Shown here in pieces: positions 47,256-56,516 of a DNA stretch of 64,000 bases. Below the pieces are notes generated by a model. That model worked only from the letters and a program-made list of their open reading frames with translations. It was not told the origin of the DNA and ran no database searches. Position 1 is the stretch's first letter. Every line of letters begins with the position of its first letter. The stretch spans positions 1-64,000 of the forward strand of contig JAKFBU010000039.1 in the NCBI GenBank assembly GCA_036676985.1, written 5' to 3'. The translations under genes and the position numbers were made by a program. The stretch is from Candidatus Sericytochromatia bacterium. GTDB lineage: Bacteria > Cyanobacteriota > Sericytochromatia > S15B-MN24 > UBA4093.

Positions 47256-48703
47256 GCGGCCGCTTCCGTCGGCGAACGCCGGAGGAGGACCACCAGGTAC
47301 ACGGTCATCAGGGCCAGGATGATCAGGAAGACCGCCAGGCGTTCCATCCGCGGGGCGTTCATCACCGTAATCATCCACTTGGCGCCGATCAAGGAGGCTG
47401 CCGAGGCGGCGATGACGAGCGGCGGCATCAGCGCATGGAAGCGGAACCGAGAGATCTGGGCCTCGCCCAGGAGCCCTAGCACGAAGGTGACCATGAGGAG
47501 CCCGGCGATGTAGGCCGCGACCGGGTCCACATGGATGAAGTAACCCATGAGCCAGGGCAGGCACAGGGCGAACAGCGCCTCGATCCCGAGCAGGACGGCC
47601 TTGGGGGCGTACGCCTGGCGCACGGTGACGAGCGCATAGGGGATGAACAGGGCCGCGAGCAGCCCGAACGAGGTGTAGACGTGGGTGAGATCGGCTCCGT
47701 ACTGGCGCAAGTAGGTGCGATCCAGGAAGACCTGGAGGAGGGCCCGGCCCGCGAAGGCCGCCATGACGAGCCCCCCGAGCGCCATGGCCCGCTGCCCCGC
47801 AAGGACCATGGGCATGAGGCCGAGCCCCGCGAGCGTCACTCCGAACATCCCGTACAGCCGGTTCGCCAGGAGCAGGGTGCCGCCCGCCACGAGCACGAGC
47901 ACCAGGGTCGGCAGCGGGCCCGCGTTCTCGATGCGCTCGGAGAGGAGGACGTAGCCCGCGAGCAGCATGGCGAGCAAGAGGCCGAGCAGGCCCGGAACTA
48001 CGAGGCCCGGCATCAGGCGCACGATCCAGGAGCCGAGCGGCACGGCCACGGCGGCGGTCAGGACGGCCCCCGCGAAGGGCGCCCCCACGCGCGGCAGGAA
48101 GCTCGTGAGGTAGGAGAACGCGAGCGACAGGGCGCCGAAGCAGAGGGCCCAGGCGGATCCCAGGTTGCCCGCGGGGAGGGCGCGATCGCCCCAGATCAAG
48201 GCGGCGCCCAGGACGCCGACTACGGCCAACGAGGCGCTGAACCCGCCCGAGCGCGGGTGATCGAAGAGTGCCAGCGGCAGCGCCACGGCCGACAGCCCGA
48301 TCAGGAAAGCGCATACGGCGTAAGAGAGGAGCACCGGGTCCGGGATGAAGACGTTCGCGGCCACCAGGAAGGCCAGGCCGAGCCCCGCCCGACCGAGCGC
48401 ATCGCGTGCCGGCTCGTCCCGCCACGTCAGGATGCTCGGGCCCATTCCGAGGACGAGGCCGAGCCAGCCGCCCACGAGGATGCCCCCCGCCGTGAGGGCC
48501 CCCTTGTCCGGGCTCGGGGAGACGAGGTAGCCAACGAGGGCCAGGACGAGGAGGATGGCGCCCGAGACGCCCTTGAGCGAGCCCCCGGGCTCCTCGGTGC
48601 CTGCCGTGAGGCGCCAGTTGCGCACCATGGCGGCGATGAAGGGGAGGAGGGCTCCGGCGATCGCCACCAGCCACAGCAAAGAAGGTAGGTCTCGGGTGGG
48701 CAT
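47252..48703 (-). CDS. polytopic membrane protein of unknown function
   Basis: 483 aa with roughly 13-15 hydrophobic segments; first gene of the operon; GAGG RBS. Confidence 0.8.
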   Translation of the reverse strand: MPTRDLPSLLWLVAIAGALLPFIAAMVRNWRLTAGTEEPGGSLKGVSGAILLVLALVGYLVSPSPDKGALTAGGILVGGWLGLVLGMGPSILTWRDEPARDALGRAGLGLAFLVAANVFIPDPVLLSYAVCAFLIGLSAVALPLALFDHPRSGGFSASLAVVGVLGAALIWGDRALPAGNLGSAWALCFGALSLAFSYLTSFLPRVGAPFAGAVLTAAVAVPLGSWIVRLMPGLVVPGLLGLLLAMLLAGYVLLSERIENAGPLPTLVLVLVAGGTLLLANRLYGMFGVTLAGLGLMPMVLAGQRAMALGGLVMAAFAGRALLQVFLDRTYLRQYGADLTHVYTSFGLLAALFIPYALVTVRQAYAPKAVLLGIEALFALCLPWLMGYFIHVDPVAAYIAGLLMVTFVLGLLGEAQISRFRFHALMPPLVIAASAASLIGAKWMITVMNAPRMERLAVFLIILALMTVYLVVLLRRSPTEAAA

Positions 48704-48806
48704 GCGTTTTCCTCTCGGTTGTACAAGGCTCGCTTGATTTTAAACGTCCCCGTACCGTCGGGCAATCACGAGACGAAGGCCCCCTTGGCAGGGTTCCATG
48801 CGAAAA

Positions 48807-48831
48807 CGCCGCCGGGCGAACCCGGCGGCGC
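48807..48831 (-). terminator. terminator hairpin
   Basis: CGCCGCCGGG-CGAA-CCCGGCGGCG with TTTT on the minus strand. Confidence 0.7.
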
Positions 48832-48848
48832 TCTTCTGGTGCTCGATC

Positions 48849-49829
48849 CTAGTGCCCCTTGGTCATCAGGTCGATGACCCCGTCCACGCCCATGCCGCGG
48901 AAGCGGCGGATCTCCGCCTCGACGTCCTTGGGGTTGAAGCTCGAGGTGTCGTTCCAGATGGCCACCTTGCCGTACGGCTTCAGCTTCTCGACCACCTCGG
49001 GCGTCACGAACTCCGCCCGCAAGGGGAACATGACCGGCTCGCCGGCCAACTTGGCCATCTTGATCAGCTTGTCGAGCTGCGAGTCCGAGTACGCCGTCCC
49101 CGGCGGCTGCGGACGGGTCGACAGGGACAGGTTGATGATGGCCTCGGGATGGGCCGCGCGCAGCTTCTTGAGGTCGCCCTCGTGCACCCAGGGGTCCAGG
49201 GCCGAATCGAAGAGCTCGTTGGCGATCCCACCGAGACCGCCCGGGCCCCAGCCCACGCCCACGTTGAGGATCAGCCGCTCGTCGGGCACCTGGTTCTTGG
49301 CCAGGACCTCGAGCACTTCGTCTACGGCCGTGGCCTGCTTGATGTCGAGCTTCAGGCCCCGACCCGAGCGCATGCCCACCTTCACCCACTCATCGAGGGT
49401 CATGCCGCCGATGTCCGTGGGGTCATGGGCCATGATGGCCTGGCGATCGCCAATGGCAGGCAGGGCTCGCAGGCCGCCTTCGAGGCGGACGTCGCCCTCG
49501 AGCCAGTCATGCTCCCCGCGCAGGGCCGCGGCCATCTCGTCGGGCGTGTTGGTGTAGTGCGCGTTGCGGGCAGCCCCGATCGACTTGTCGCCCGTCCAGG
49601 CGAGGTCGGGCCGCGCGTCGGCCAGCGCGTTCAGCTCGTTTAGCTTGGCCTTGCTCAGGTTGGGATGGTCGTAGAAGTCCTTGATGTTGTCGACGTAGTG
49701 GTCGAGCTTGTCGACGACGCCCTCGACCGCATCGACGCCCTTGTCCACGATGGGCAGGTCGCGCGCCTTGTCCACCGCCGCGCTGAACAACTTCTTGGCC
49801 CCGTCAAGGGGATTGGGGATCCCGAACAC
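48849..49829 (-). CDS. FAM151/menorin (DUF2181)-like PLC-like phosphodiesterase-fold protein
   Basis: AHYTN...LEGDV...IMAHDP...TLDEW...GLKLDIK...VMFPLRA; GTG start after GGAGG. Confidence 0.7.
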   Translation of the reverse strand: MFGIPNPLDGAKKLFSAAVDKARDLPIVDKGVDAVEGVVDKLDHYVDNIKDFYDHPNLSKAKLNELNALADARPDLAWTGDKSIGAARNAHYTNTPDEMAAALRGEHDWLEGDVRLEGGLRALPAIGDRQAIMAHDPTDIGGMTLDEWVKVGMRSGRGLKLDIKQATAVDEVLEVLAKNQVPDERLILNVGVGWGPGGLGGIANELFDSALDPWVHEGDLKKLRAAHPEAIINLSLSTRPQPPGTAYSDSQLDKLIKMAKLAGEPVMFPLRAEFVTPEVVEKLKPYGKVAIWNDTSSFNPKDVEAEIRRFRGMGVDGVIDLMTKGH

Positions 49830-49879
49830 GTTGCACCTCCGTCCGCTCGCTGGGGTTCTTATACCCGGACGGAACGCAA

Positions 49880-51358
49880 TCAGCGCGTCAGGATCTTGGC
49901 CTCGAAGGGCTTCAGGTTGAGGGTGAGGCGACCTTTCCGGACGATCGCCGTATCAGAGGCCAACCGGTTGGCAAGCTTGGTGCCCTCGGTAAGGCGGCTG
50001 CCCTTGCGCATGGCAAGGTCGCGGGTGAGGGGGCGATCGCTCGCGTTAACCACCACGAGCACCTCGTCGCCGTCCAGGTGGCGCGCGAAGGCGTAGACCT
50101 GATCGTCCGCGAAGAGCTCGGTCTGGGTGCCGCGGCGCAGGGGCATGAGCTCCTTGCGCAAGGCGATGAGCCTCTGGGTATAGGCGAGCATCTCGGGGTT
50201 GGTGCCCCAGGCCATGTCGCGCCGGCTGTCGGGGTCCTTGCCGCCCGGCATGGCGACCTCGGTGCCGTAGTAGAGGGTCGGGATGCCCCGCAGGCCCATG
50301 AGGAAAGCCAGCGCGAGCCGCAGGCGCCGCTCGTCGCCGCCCGCCTCGGTGATGAAGCGGACCTCGTCGTGGCTGTCGATGAAGGGCGCGAGCATTCCGG
50401 CATCGGGATACAGCGCGTCGAGCTTCAGGGTCTCTGAGAGGAGCTTGGCGGACTTGCCCCGGGCGAAGACGTCCCGCATGGTCCCGAACAGCTGGAAGTC
50501 AAAAAGGCTGTCGAGCCCGCCCTCGGTCATGTAGGGCGGCAGCTTGCGGGCGTCGTGGTAAGAGACCTCGCCCACCAGAAAGAAGGGCTTTCCCGCCCGC
50601 TCGTGGATGGCCTTGCTGAAGCGGTTCCAGAAGGCGAGCGGCACGTGCCGGACGGTGTCGAGGCGGAAGCCGTCCAGGTCAGCGCGCGGGATCCAGGCTG
50701 CCCACTCGTCCTCCATGTACTTGGCAACCTCGACGTTCTCCGTGTTGAAGTCGGGCAGCCCCGCCACGTCGAAGTTCTCGTTCTGATAGGGGTCGTCCCA
50801 GTCCGTGATGGCGCCGTTCTTATGGAACCAGCGCTCGTAGCGGGGATCCTTGACCATGGGCGCGTCGTAGCCCGGGTGGTTCACGACGGCGTCCAGCACC
50901 ACCTTCATGCCGCGCTCGTGGGCCGACTGGACCACCTGGCGGAACAGTTGCTCGTCGCCGAAGTGCTCGTCCACCTTCGCGATGTTCTGGATCCAGTAGC
51001 CGTGATAACCCCAGTACTTTCCGACCAGCGGGTTGTCCTGGTTGTCGCTGATGGGCGTGAACCAGAGAGCCGTCACGCCCAGCTGCTGCAGATAGTCCAG
51101 CTTCTGGAGGACGCCCGCGAGATCACCGCCGTGATAGGCGAAAGGGTCCTGGGGATTGGCGTTGCGATCGTTCGAGTGGTCGCCATTGTAGAAGCGATCT
51201 GGCAAAATAAGGTAGAGGATCTCGTCGCGCCACGATTGGAGGCCGTTTCCAGCCCGCGGCGCGGCGGCCTGAGCCGGTTCCCGGCCCTGCAGGGCGCCGG
51301 TGACCAGCGTGATTCCGAGCGCGAGGCCCAGGCTCCTGCGCGCGATGCGACGTCTCAT
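49880..51358 (-). CDS. secreted alpha-amylase family (GH13) glycosidase
   Basis: DRFYNGD, YHGGDL.G, YHGYW, DAVVNH, GFRLDTVRH, GEV, FIDSHD; Arg-rich signal peptide. Confidence 0.93.
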   Translation of the reverse strand: MRRRIARRSLGLALGITLVTGALQGREPAQAAAPRAGNGLQSWRDEILYLILPDRFYNGDHSNDRNANPQDPFAYHGGDLAGVLQKLDYLQQLGVTALWFTPISDNQDNPLVGKYWGYHGYWIQNIAKVDEHFGDEQLFRQVVQSAHERGMKVVLDAVVNHPGYDAPMVKDPRYERWFHKNGAITDWDDPYQNENFDVAGLPDFNTENVEVAKYMEDEWAAWIPRADLDGFRLDTVRHVPLAFWNRFSKAIHERAGKPFFLVGEVSYHDARKLPPYMTEGGLDSLFDFQLFGTMRDVFARGKSAKLLSETLKLDALYPDAGMLAPFIDSHDEVRFITEAGGDERRLRLALAFLMGLRGIPTLYYGTEVAMPGGKDPDSRRDMAWGTNPEMLAYTQRLIALRKELMPLRRGTQTELFADDQVYAFARHLDGDEVLVVVNASDRPLTRDLAMRKGSRLTEGTKLANRLASDTAIVRKGRLTLNLKPFEAKILTR

Positions 51359-51386
51359 ACACTCTTCCTTTCGAGCGAGGAACGGC

Positions 51387-52355
51387 ATGAATCCCACCCA
51401 GCATACTCCCTTGCCCCTCAGAGAGGTAGTCAGGCCGACGAACCTGTTCGAGAGCGATCGCCTCTCGGCCGCCCTCGGCGTGTCGCTCACCATCGCGAGC
51501 GAGACGGGCCAGCACACGGGCAGCTTCAAGTTTCGGGCCGCCTACAACGTCGCGCTCACCGTGCCGCAGGACCTGATCATCACGGCGTCGTCGGGCAACT
51601 TCGGTCAGGCACTCGCCTATGCGTGCCGGCTGCTCGGCAAGGCCTGCATCGTGGTCATGCCGACCACCTCCGCCAAGGTCAAGATGGAGGCCGTCGCGCG
51701 CTACGGCGGCCGGGTGGAGCTGGTGGACACCACGGTCAAGACGCGCGCCGCGCGGGTCGCGGAGCTGGCCGCCGAGCATCCCGAGGCCTACGTCGCGAGC
51801 TCCTACGACGATCCGCTGGTCATCGCTGGCAACGCGAGCCTGGGCACGGAGCTTGCCGCCTGCGGGCGCGACTTCGACCGCATCGTCGTGCCGGTGGGCG
51901 GCGGCGGGCTGTCGGCGGGCGTGGTCACGGGTCTGCGCGAGGCGGGCAGCGCCATCCCCGTGATCGGGGCGGAGCCCTTGCTCGCAAACGACGCGGCGCG
52001 CTCCTTGCGCGCGGGGCGGATCGTGAGCAACGAAGGCGAGCCGTTGACGCTCGCGGACGGCGCGCGGACCGTGAGCCTCGGCCGGCACAACTGGGAGGTC
52101 CTGAAGGACGGCCTGCGGGATCTCATCGAGGTGCCCGAGGAGCGGATCCGCGAGGCGGTGGGGCTCTTTGCGCGGCTCGCGGAGCACCGGGTGGAGCCGA
52201 CGGGTGCCTTGACGCTCGCGGCCGTCCTGACGTGGCCCGAGGAGTTTCGGTGCCAACGCGTGTGCGTCATCGTGAGCGGCGGGAACGTGGACGCGGATGT
52301 TTACGAGCGCTTGATCTCGGACTCGGTGGCTGGGACTTTCAAAGGGATTTTATAA
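51387..52355 (+). CDS. PLP-dependent threonine/serine dehydratase family protein
   Basis: TGSFKFRAA, SSGNFGQA, PVGGGGL, ADG, VEPTGA, SGGN. Confidence 0.9.
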   Translation: MNPTQHTPLPLREVVRPTNLFESDRLSAALGVSLTIASETGQHTGSFKFRAAYNVALTVPQDLIITASSGNFGQALAYACRLLGKACIVVMPTTSAKVKMEAVARYGGRVELVDTTVKTRAARVAELAAEHPEAYVASSYDDPLVIAGNASLGTELAACGRDFDRIVVPVGGGGLSAGVVTGLREAGSAIPVIGAEPLLANDAARSLRAGRIVSNEGEPLTLADGARTVSLGRHNWEVLKDGLRDLIEVPEERIREAVGLFARLAEHRVEPTGALTLAAVLTWPEEFRCQRVCVIVSGGNVDADVYERLISDSVAGTFKGIL

Positions 52356-52500
52356 GGAGAACCCCCCCAGCCCCCCTCTAGAGGGGGGTGTAAGGATCAT
52401 GGATGGGTAGAAAGCACGGTGGCTCCTTAGGATCTGGGCTGAAGTAACCGCTCCCGGTGGCTTCCCCCCCTCTAGAGGGGGGGTAGGGGGGGTCCTCCTT
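52354..52500. repeat. family B-related element with terminal inverted arms
   Basis: AAGGAGAACCCCCCCAGCCCCCCTCTAGAGGGGGG ... CCCCCCTCTAGAGGGGGGGTAGGGGGGGTCCTCCTT between convergent genes. Confidence 0.75.
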
Positions 52501-52504
52501 GTTC

Positions 52505-52957
52505 CTAAACCGTCTCTTCAATCCCCAGTAGCTCGATATCGAACACCAGGTTGGAGTTCGGCGGGATCATGCCCGCCCGCCGCTCGCCGTACCCCAGCGG
52601 GGCCGGGATCAGCACCCGGCGCTTCTCGCCCACCTTCATCTGGGCGACCTCCTGGTCCCAGCCCGTGATGACCTCGCCTCGACCCAGCCGGAACACAAAG
52701 GGCCGCCCCCGATCCACCGAGCTGTCGAACTTGCGGCCGTCCTCCAGCCAGCCCGTGTAGTGCACCCGCACCCGCGACCCGCGCGCGGGCACCGGCCCGT
52801 CGCCGGGCTGCAGGATCTTCACGAGGACGCCCGCCTCGTCGGCCTCCATGCCCGTGAGGTCGAGCGGCGTGGGCTTTTCGGCCCACCGGATGCGCTTCGC
52901 GACAAACCAGATGACGATACAGAGGACGACTAGGATCAGAAGCTGTTGGGTGTTCAT
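52505..52957 (-). CDS. membrane-anchored FKBP-type peptidyl-prolyl isomerase
   Basis: VHYTGWL.DG.KFDSS.DRG.PF.F.LG..VI.GW; IPPNSNLVFDIEL; N-terminal TM. Confidence 0.93.
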   Translation of the reverse strand: MNTQQLLILVVLCIVIWFVAKRIRWAEKPTPLDLTGMEADEAGVLVKILQPGDGPVPARGSRVRVHYTGWLEDGRKFDSSVDRGRPFVFRLGRGEVITGWDQEVAQMKVGEKRRVLIPAPLGYGERRAGMIPPNSNLVFDIELLGIEETV

Positions 52958-53983
52958 CTAGGCGGGCACCTTTCCTCGGAACAGACGGTAGATGGTGATG
53001 AAGTAGACGACGGCAAGCACGATGCCGATGGTCCACCATACCAGACCCACGGCCATGCCGTAGCGGGACGTGGCCGCCTCGTAGATGGTCAGGTTGCGGG
53101 CCGGATCCGTCGCCAGGAGCACGTTGGGATACGCCGTGAAGCCCGCACTCGTCATCATCCCCACGATGTAGGCCGACGAGCCCGCGAAGGCCAGCTTCTC
53201 GCGCCCCGTAAAGGAGGCCACGCCCATCATGACGAGGCCCGCGATCGCCACCAGCGGCAGCACGAAGCCCCAGGGCCGCTCGACGAAGTTCCCCCACAAG
53301 GTCGGACGCACGTAGAACGTGGCCCAGGTGGCCAGCGCCGTGAGCACGATGGTCGCCATCCAGCCCATCCGGGCGATGCGGCGGCTGCGGGCGTTCAGCT
53401 CGCCCGTCGTCTTGACGACGATCCAGTTGGCGCCGTGCATCACCAGCGTCGCCACCCCCAACAGGCCGATGAGCACCGTGTACCAGTCGAGGACGCCCGG
53501 CCGCGGGCTCAAGGGGTTGAAGTCCGTCCACAGGGCCACGAAGAAGTAGCCGTTCTCGCCGATGGGCACCCCGCGCATGATGTTGCCGAGCGCCGTCCCG
53601 AAGAACAGGGCCAACAGCGAGCTCCCGATGAAGAAGGTCGTGTCCCAGAACGACTCCCACATGGGGTGCCGGACGTGGGCCCGCAGCTCGATAGCCACCC
53701 CGCGCAGCATCAAGAGCCAGAGGACGATCATCAAGGGCAGGTAGAAGCCGCTGAAGCTGACGGCGTAGAGCAGCGGAAAGGCGAAGAAGAGCGTGCCGCC
53801 CGCCGCGATGAGCCAGACCTCGTTGCCGTCCCAGACCGGCCCGATGGCCTTCAGGATGGTGTGCCGCTCGGGGTCGGACTTGGCGGCGAGCAGGTGGATG
53901 GTTCCCGCCCCCAGGTCGAAGCCGTCCAGGACCACGTACATGATGAGCATCGCGAGGACCAGGACGAACCACAGGGTCTCCAT
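52958..53983 (-). CDS. cydB: cytochrome bd quinol oxidase subunit II
   Basis: YVVLDGFDLGAG, GPVWDGNEVWL, FSGFYLPL, RGVAIE. Confidence 0.95.
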   Translation of the reverse strand: METLWFVLVLAMLIMYVVLDGFDLGAGTIHLLAAKSDPERHTILKAIGPVWDGNEVWLIAAGGTLFFAFPLLYAVSFSGFYLPLMIVLWLLMLRGVAIELRAHVRHPMWESFWDTTFFIGSSLLALFFGTALGNIMRGVPIGENGYFFVALWTDFNPLSPRPGVLDWYTVLIGLLGVATLVMHGANWIVVKTTGELNARSRRIARMGWMATIVLTALATWATFYVRPTLWGNFVERPWGFVLPLVAIAGLVMMGVASFTGREKLAFAGSSAYIVGMMTSAGFTAYPNVLLATDPARNLTIYEAATSRYGMAVGLVWWTIGIVLAVVYFITIYRLFRGKVPA

Positions 53984-54014
53984 GGCCGCCTCCTTCCCAA
54001 GAACCCCCAGGCGC

Positions 54015-55370
54015 CTAACTGACGGACTGCGCCTCGCCGGGCGCCATCGGCCTCGTCTCAGGGCCATGGGCTATCTCGCGCAACACCAGCGCCAGGAACA
54101 AGAGGCCCAAGAGCGCGTACATGCCGAGGAACCCGAGGAACGTGAACCAGATGTTGCCGCTCGAGACGTTGGGCGACACGCCCTCCACCGTCCGGAGGAG
54201 ACCCGTGACCAGGTAGGGCTGCCGGCCGAGCTCCGCCACCATCCAGCCCGCGGTGTTGGCGATGTACGGGAAGGGGATGCTCAGCATCAGGATCCAGAGC
54301 AGCCAGCCCGTGTCGTAGAGCTTGCGACTCCATAACAGCAGGACGCTGAGGCCCATGATGGCGATGAAGAAGGTCCCGAGCCCGACCATGATGTGGTAGC
54401 TGTAGTACAGGAGCGGGATGTTGTCCGGCCACTGGTTCTCCGGAAACGAGTCCAGGCCCTTGATCTCGGCTCCCCAATTCTGATAGGTGAGGAAGCTGAG
54501 CGCGTACGGGACGATGAGCGGGTTGTCCAGGCGCTTGTTGACCATGTCCGGCTGGCCGAGGATGGCGATGCCGGCGCCTCGCTCGGTCCTGAAGAGCCCC
54601 TCCATGGCCGCGAGCTTGATGGGCTGCTTGTGCGTGACCTGACGACCCGCCAGGTCACCGCTCGGATACAGCTGGAACACCGAGGCGATGAAGCCCGCGA
54701 TGACGCCGACCTTCACGAAGACGCGGCCGTACTCCATGTGCTGCTTGGCGAGCAGGTAGTAGGCGCCGATGGCCGCCATGAAGAAGGAGGCCGTCACCAC
54801 CGACGCGCTCTGGTTGTGCATGAACTGCACGAACGCCCAGGGGTTGGTCAACAGCGCCCAGTAGTCGGCCAGCTCCACCTCGCCGGTGGGCAAGACCTTG
54901 TGGCCCACGGGGGACTGCATCCAGGCGTTGGTGACGATGATGAACCACCCCGACGCCCAGGTGCCGAGAAAGACCATGAGCGAGGAGATCCAGTGGACCT
55001 TCTGGCCGAAGCGATGCTCCCCGAACAGGAAGAGGCCCAGGAACGCGGACTCGAGGAAGAAGGCGTAGGCTCCCTCCATGGCGAGCGTCTGGGCGATGAT
55101 CCCGCCCGCGAAGGCGGAGAACTGGGCCCAGTTGGTGCCGAACTGGAACTCCATGGGGATGCCCGTGACCACGCCGATGACAAAGTTGACGGCGAAGATC
55201 TTGGCCCAGAACCGCGCCCCGTTGTTGTAGAGCTCGTTCCGGGTGCGCATGTACATCGACTTCAGGGCGAAGATGAGCAGCGCCAGCCCCATGGTGAGCT
55301 GGGGGAACAGGTAATGGAAGGTGATCGTGAACGCGAACTGCCACCGGGCGATGAGTGTCGGATCGTCCAT
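54015..55370 (-). CDS. cydA: cytochrome bd quinol oxidase subunit I
   Basis: FHYLF, MEFQFGTNW, QPIKLAAMEG, HIMVGLG, ELGRQP. Confidence 0.95.
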   Translation of the reverse strand: MDDPTLIARWQFAFTITFHYLFPQLTMGLALLIFALKSMYMRTRNELYNNGARFWAKIFAVNFVIGVVTGIPMEFQFGTNWAQFSAFAGGIIAQTLAMEGAYAFFLESAFLGLFLFGEHRFGQKVHWISSLMVFLGTWASGWFIIVTNAWMQSPVGHKVLPTGEVELADYWALLTNPWAFVQFMHNQSASVVTASFFMAAIGAYYLLAKQHMEYGRVFVKVGVIAGFIASVFQLYPSGDLAGRQVTHKQPIKLAAMEGLFRTERGAGIAILGQPDMVNKRLDNPLIVPYALSFLTYQNWGAEIKGLDSFPENQWPDNIPLLYYSYHIMVGLGTFFIAIMGLSVLLLWSRKLYDTGWLLWILMLSIPFPYIANTAGWMVAELGRQPYLVTGLLRTVEGVSPNVSSGNIWFTFLGFLGMYALLGLLFLALVLREIAHGPETRPMAPGEAQSVS

Positions 55371-55497
55371 CGTGACCTCTTCGGAGCCGTCGACTCGGCT
55401 ACACCGAACAGGACGATAGCGGGCGCCTGGAGGTCAGGCTACGTTCCCATCGCCAAAGGTCATGGGCATGGCGCCAGGACCCGTGCGGTTCGGGGCT

Positions 55498-56352
55498 CTA
55501 GAGGTCCCCGAACTGAACGAGGGTTCCGAAGCGCTCGTCCGTTTCGATCTCGTAAACCGGCGCCGTGGTCGGGCTCGCGGTCTTGTCGTTGAAGCCGATG
55601 AGGGTGTAGGCCCCGGCGATCGCCCCCTCGGGGGTCACGAAGGCGACGGACTGGACGTCGGCGTACTTGCGATCGCCGAGCACCAGGTGGTTGCGCTGGT
55701 TCGTAAAAAGGAAGCCCACCGGCTCCTCGCCCGCCTGCAAGGCGAAGACGAGCGGCGCGTCGTCGAACGCGAAGGGGCGCGCGGGGTAGCGGCGCTGGAG
55801 GTAGCGTCCCAGCTGGTCGAGGTACTCGCCGTAGGCATCCGTCACGCCGGCGCCCGGCAGGCCGGTCAGGAGCTCGAAGGAGAGGCCGGTCGAGCGGGCC
55901 CGCAGGGTCGTGGGCTTGAAGACTTCGGGAGTGACCGACAGGGTGACGGGCCCCGAGTAGTTGAAGGTGTAGCCCGTCTTGCCCGAGGCCAGGAGCGCCC
56001 GCATCTCGATGTTGAGGTCCGTCCGATCCTTGGAGGTGCCGAGGAAGGAGAGGACGTAGGCGGTGCTGTCGCCGGACCCGATGCGCAGGCCGACGGGGTT
56101 GGCGTGGAGGTTGAAGAAGTCGATGTCCTTGCGGCGGCTGGCGTCGTCGGCCGTCTTCTGGGCGCCGGCCAGTAGGCCGCTCAGGACGCTCGCGGGCACC
56201 GCGCTCGGCGCGAGGAACTGGACCGGAAGCTCGCCCTTTGCCTCGAGGGTCGCCGTGGCGGCCGTCCGGATCGAGGACTGGGGCAGGCCGCAGCCGACCG
56301 ACAGGGCTACCACGCCCGCCATGAGCCCGACCAACATCGCCTTGCGCGTCAT
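55498..56352 (-). CDS. hypothetical lipoprotein
   Basis: AGGAGG RBS; lipobox-like LSVGC; GC3-rich codons. Confidence 0.7.
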   Translation of the reverse strand: MTRKAMLVGLMAGVVALSVGCGLPQSSIRTAATATLEAKGELPVQFLAPSAVPASVLSGLLAGAQKTADDASRRKDIDFFNLHANPVGLRIGSGDSTAYVLSFLGTSKDRTDLNIEMRALLASGKTGYTFNYSGPVTLSVTPEVFKPTTLRARSTGLSFELLTGLPGAGVTDAYGEYLDQLGRYLQRRYPARPFAFDDAPLVFALQAGEEPVGFLFTNQRNHLVLGDRKYADVQSVAFVTPEGAIAGAYTLIGFNDKTASPTTAPVYEIETDERFGTLVQFGDL

Positions 56353-56516
56353 GCCATCCTCCTTCGCCTTAGGATCTTAACTTAAAGATAACCCATCTCC
56401 CGCTTCAGTGGAAGGGGGTTTGGTGAGCGTTCAGGCCGTGTTCAGAGCGAATTGACGCACGAATGCCCGCTCGCCTACAATGAGCAAGTTAACCTCGTCT
56501 TAAATGCGGAGGTCCC

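Noticed and set aside
46359-48674. 771-aa ORF suggesting a large PBP fusion
   Set aside because: The N-terminal part is an alternative frame over the membrane-protein gene; the ATGA overlap at 47255 gives the real start.
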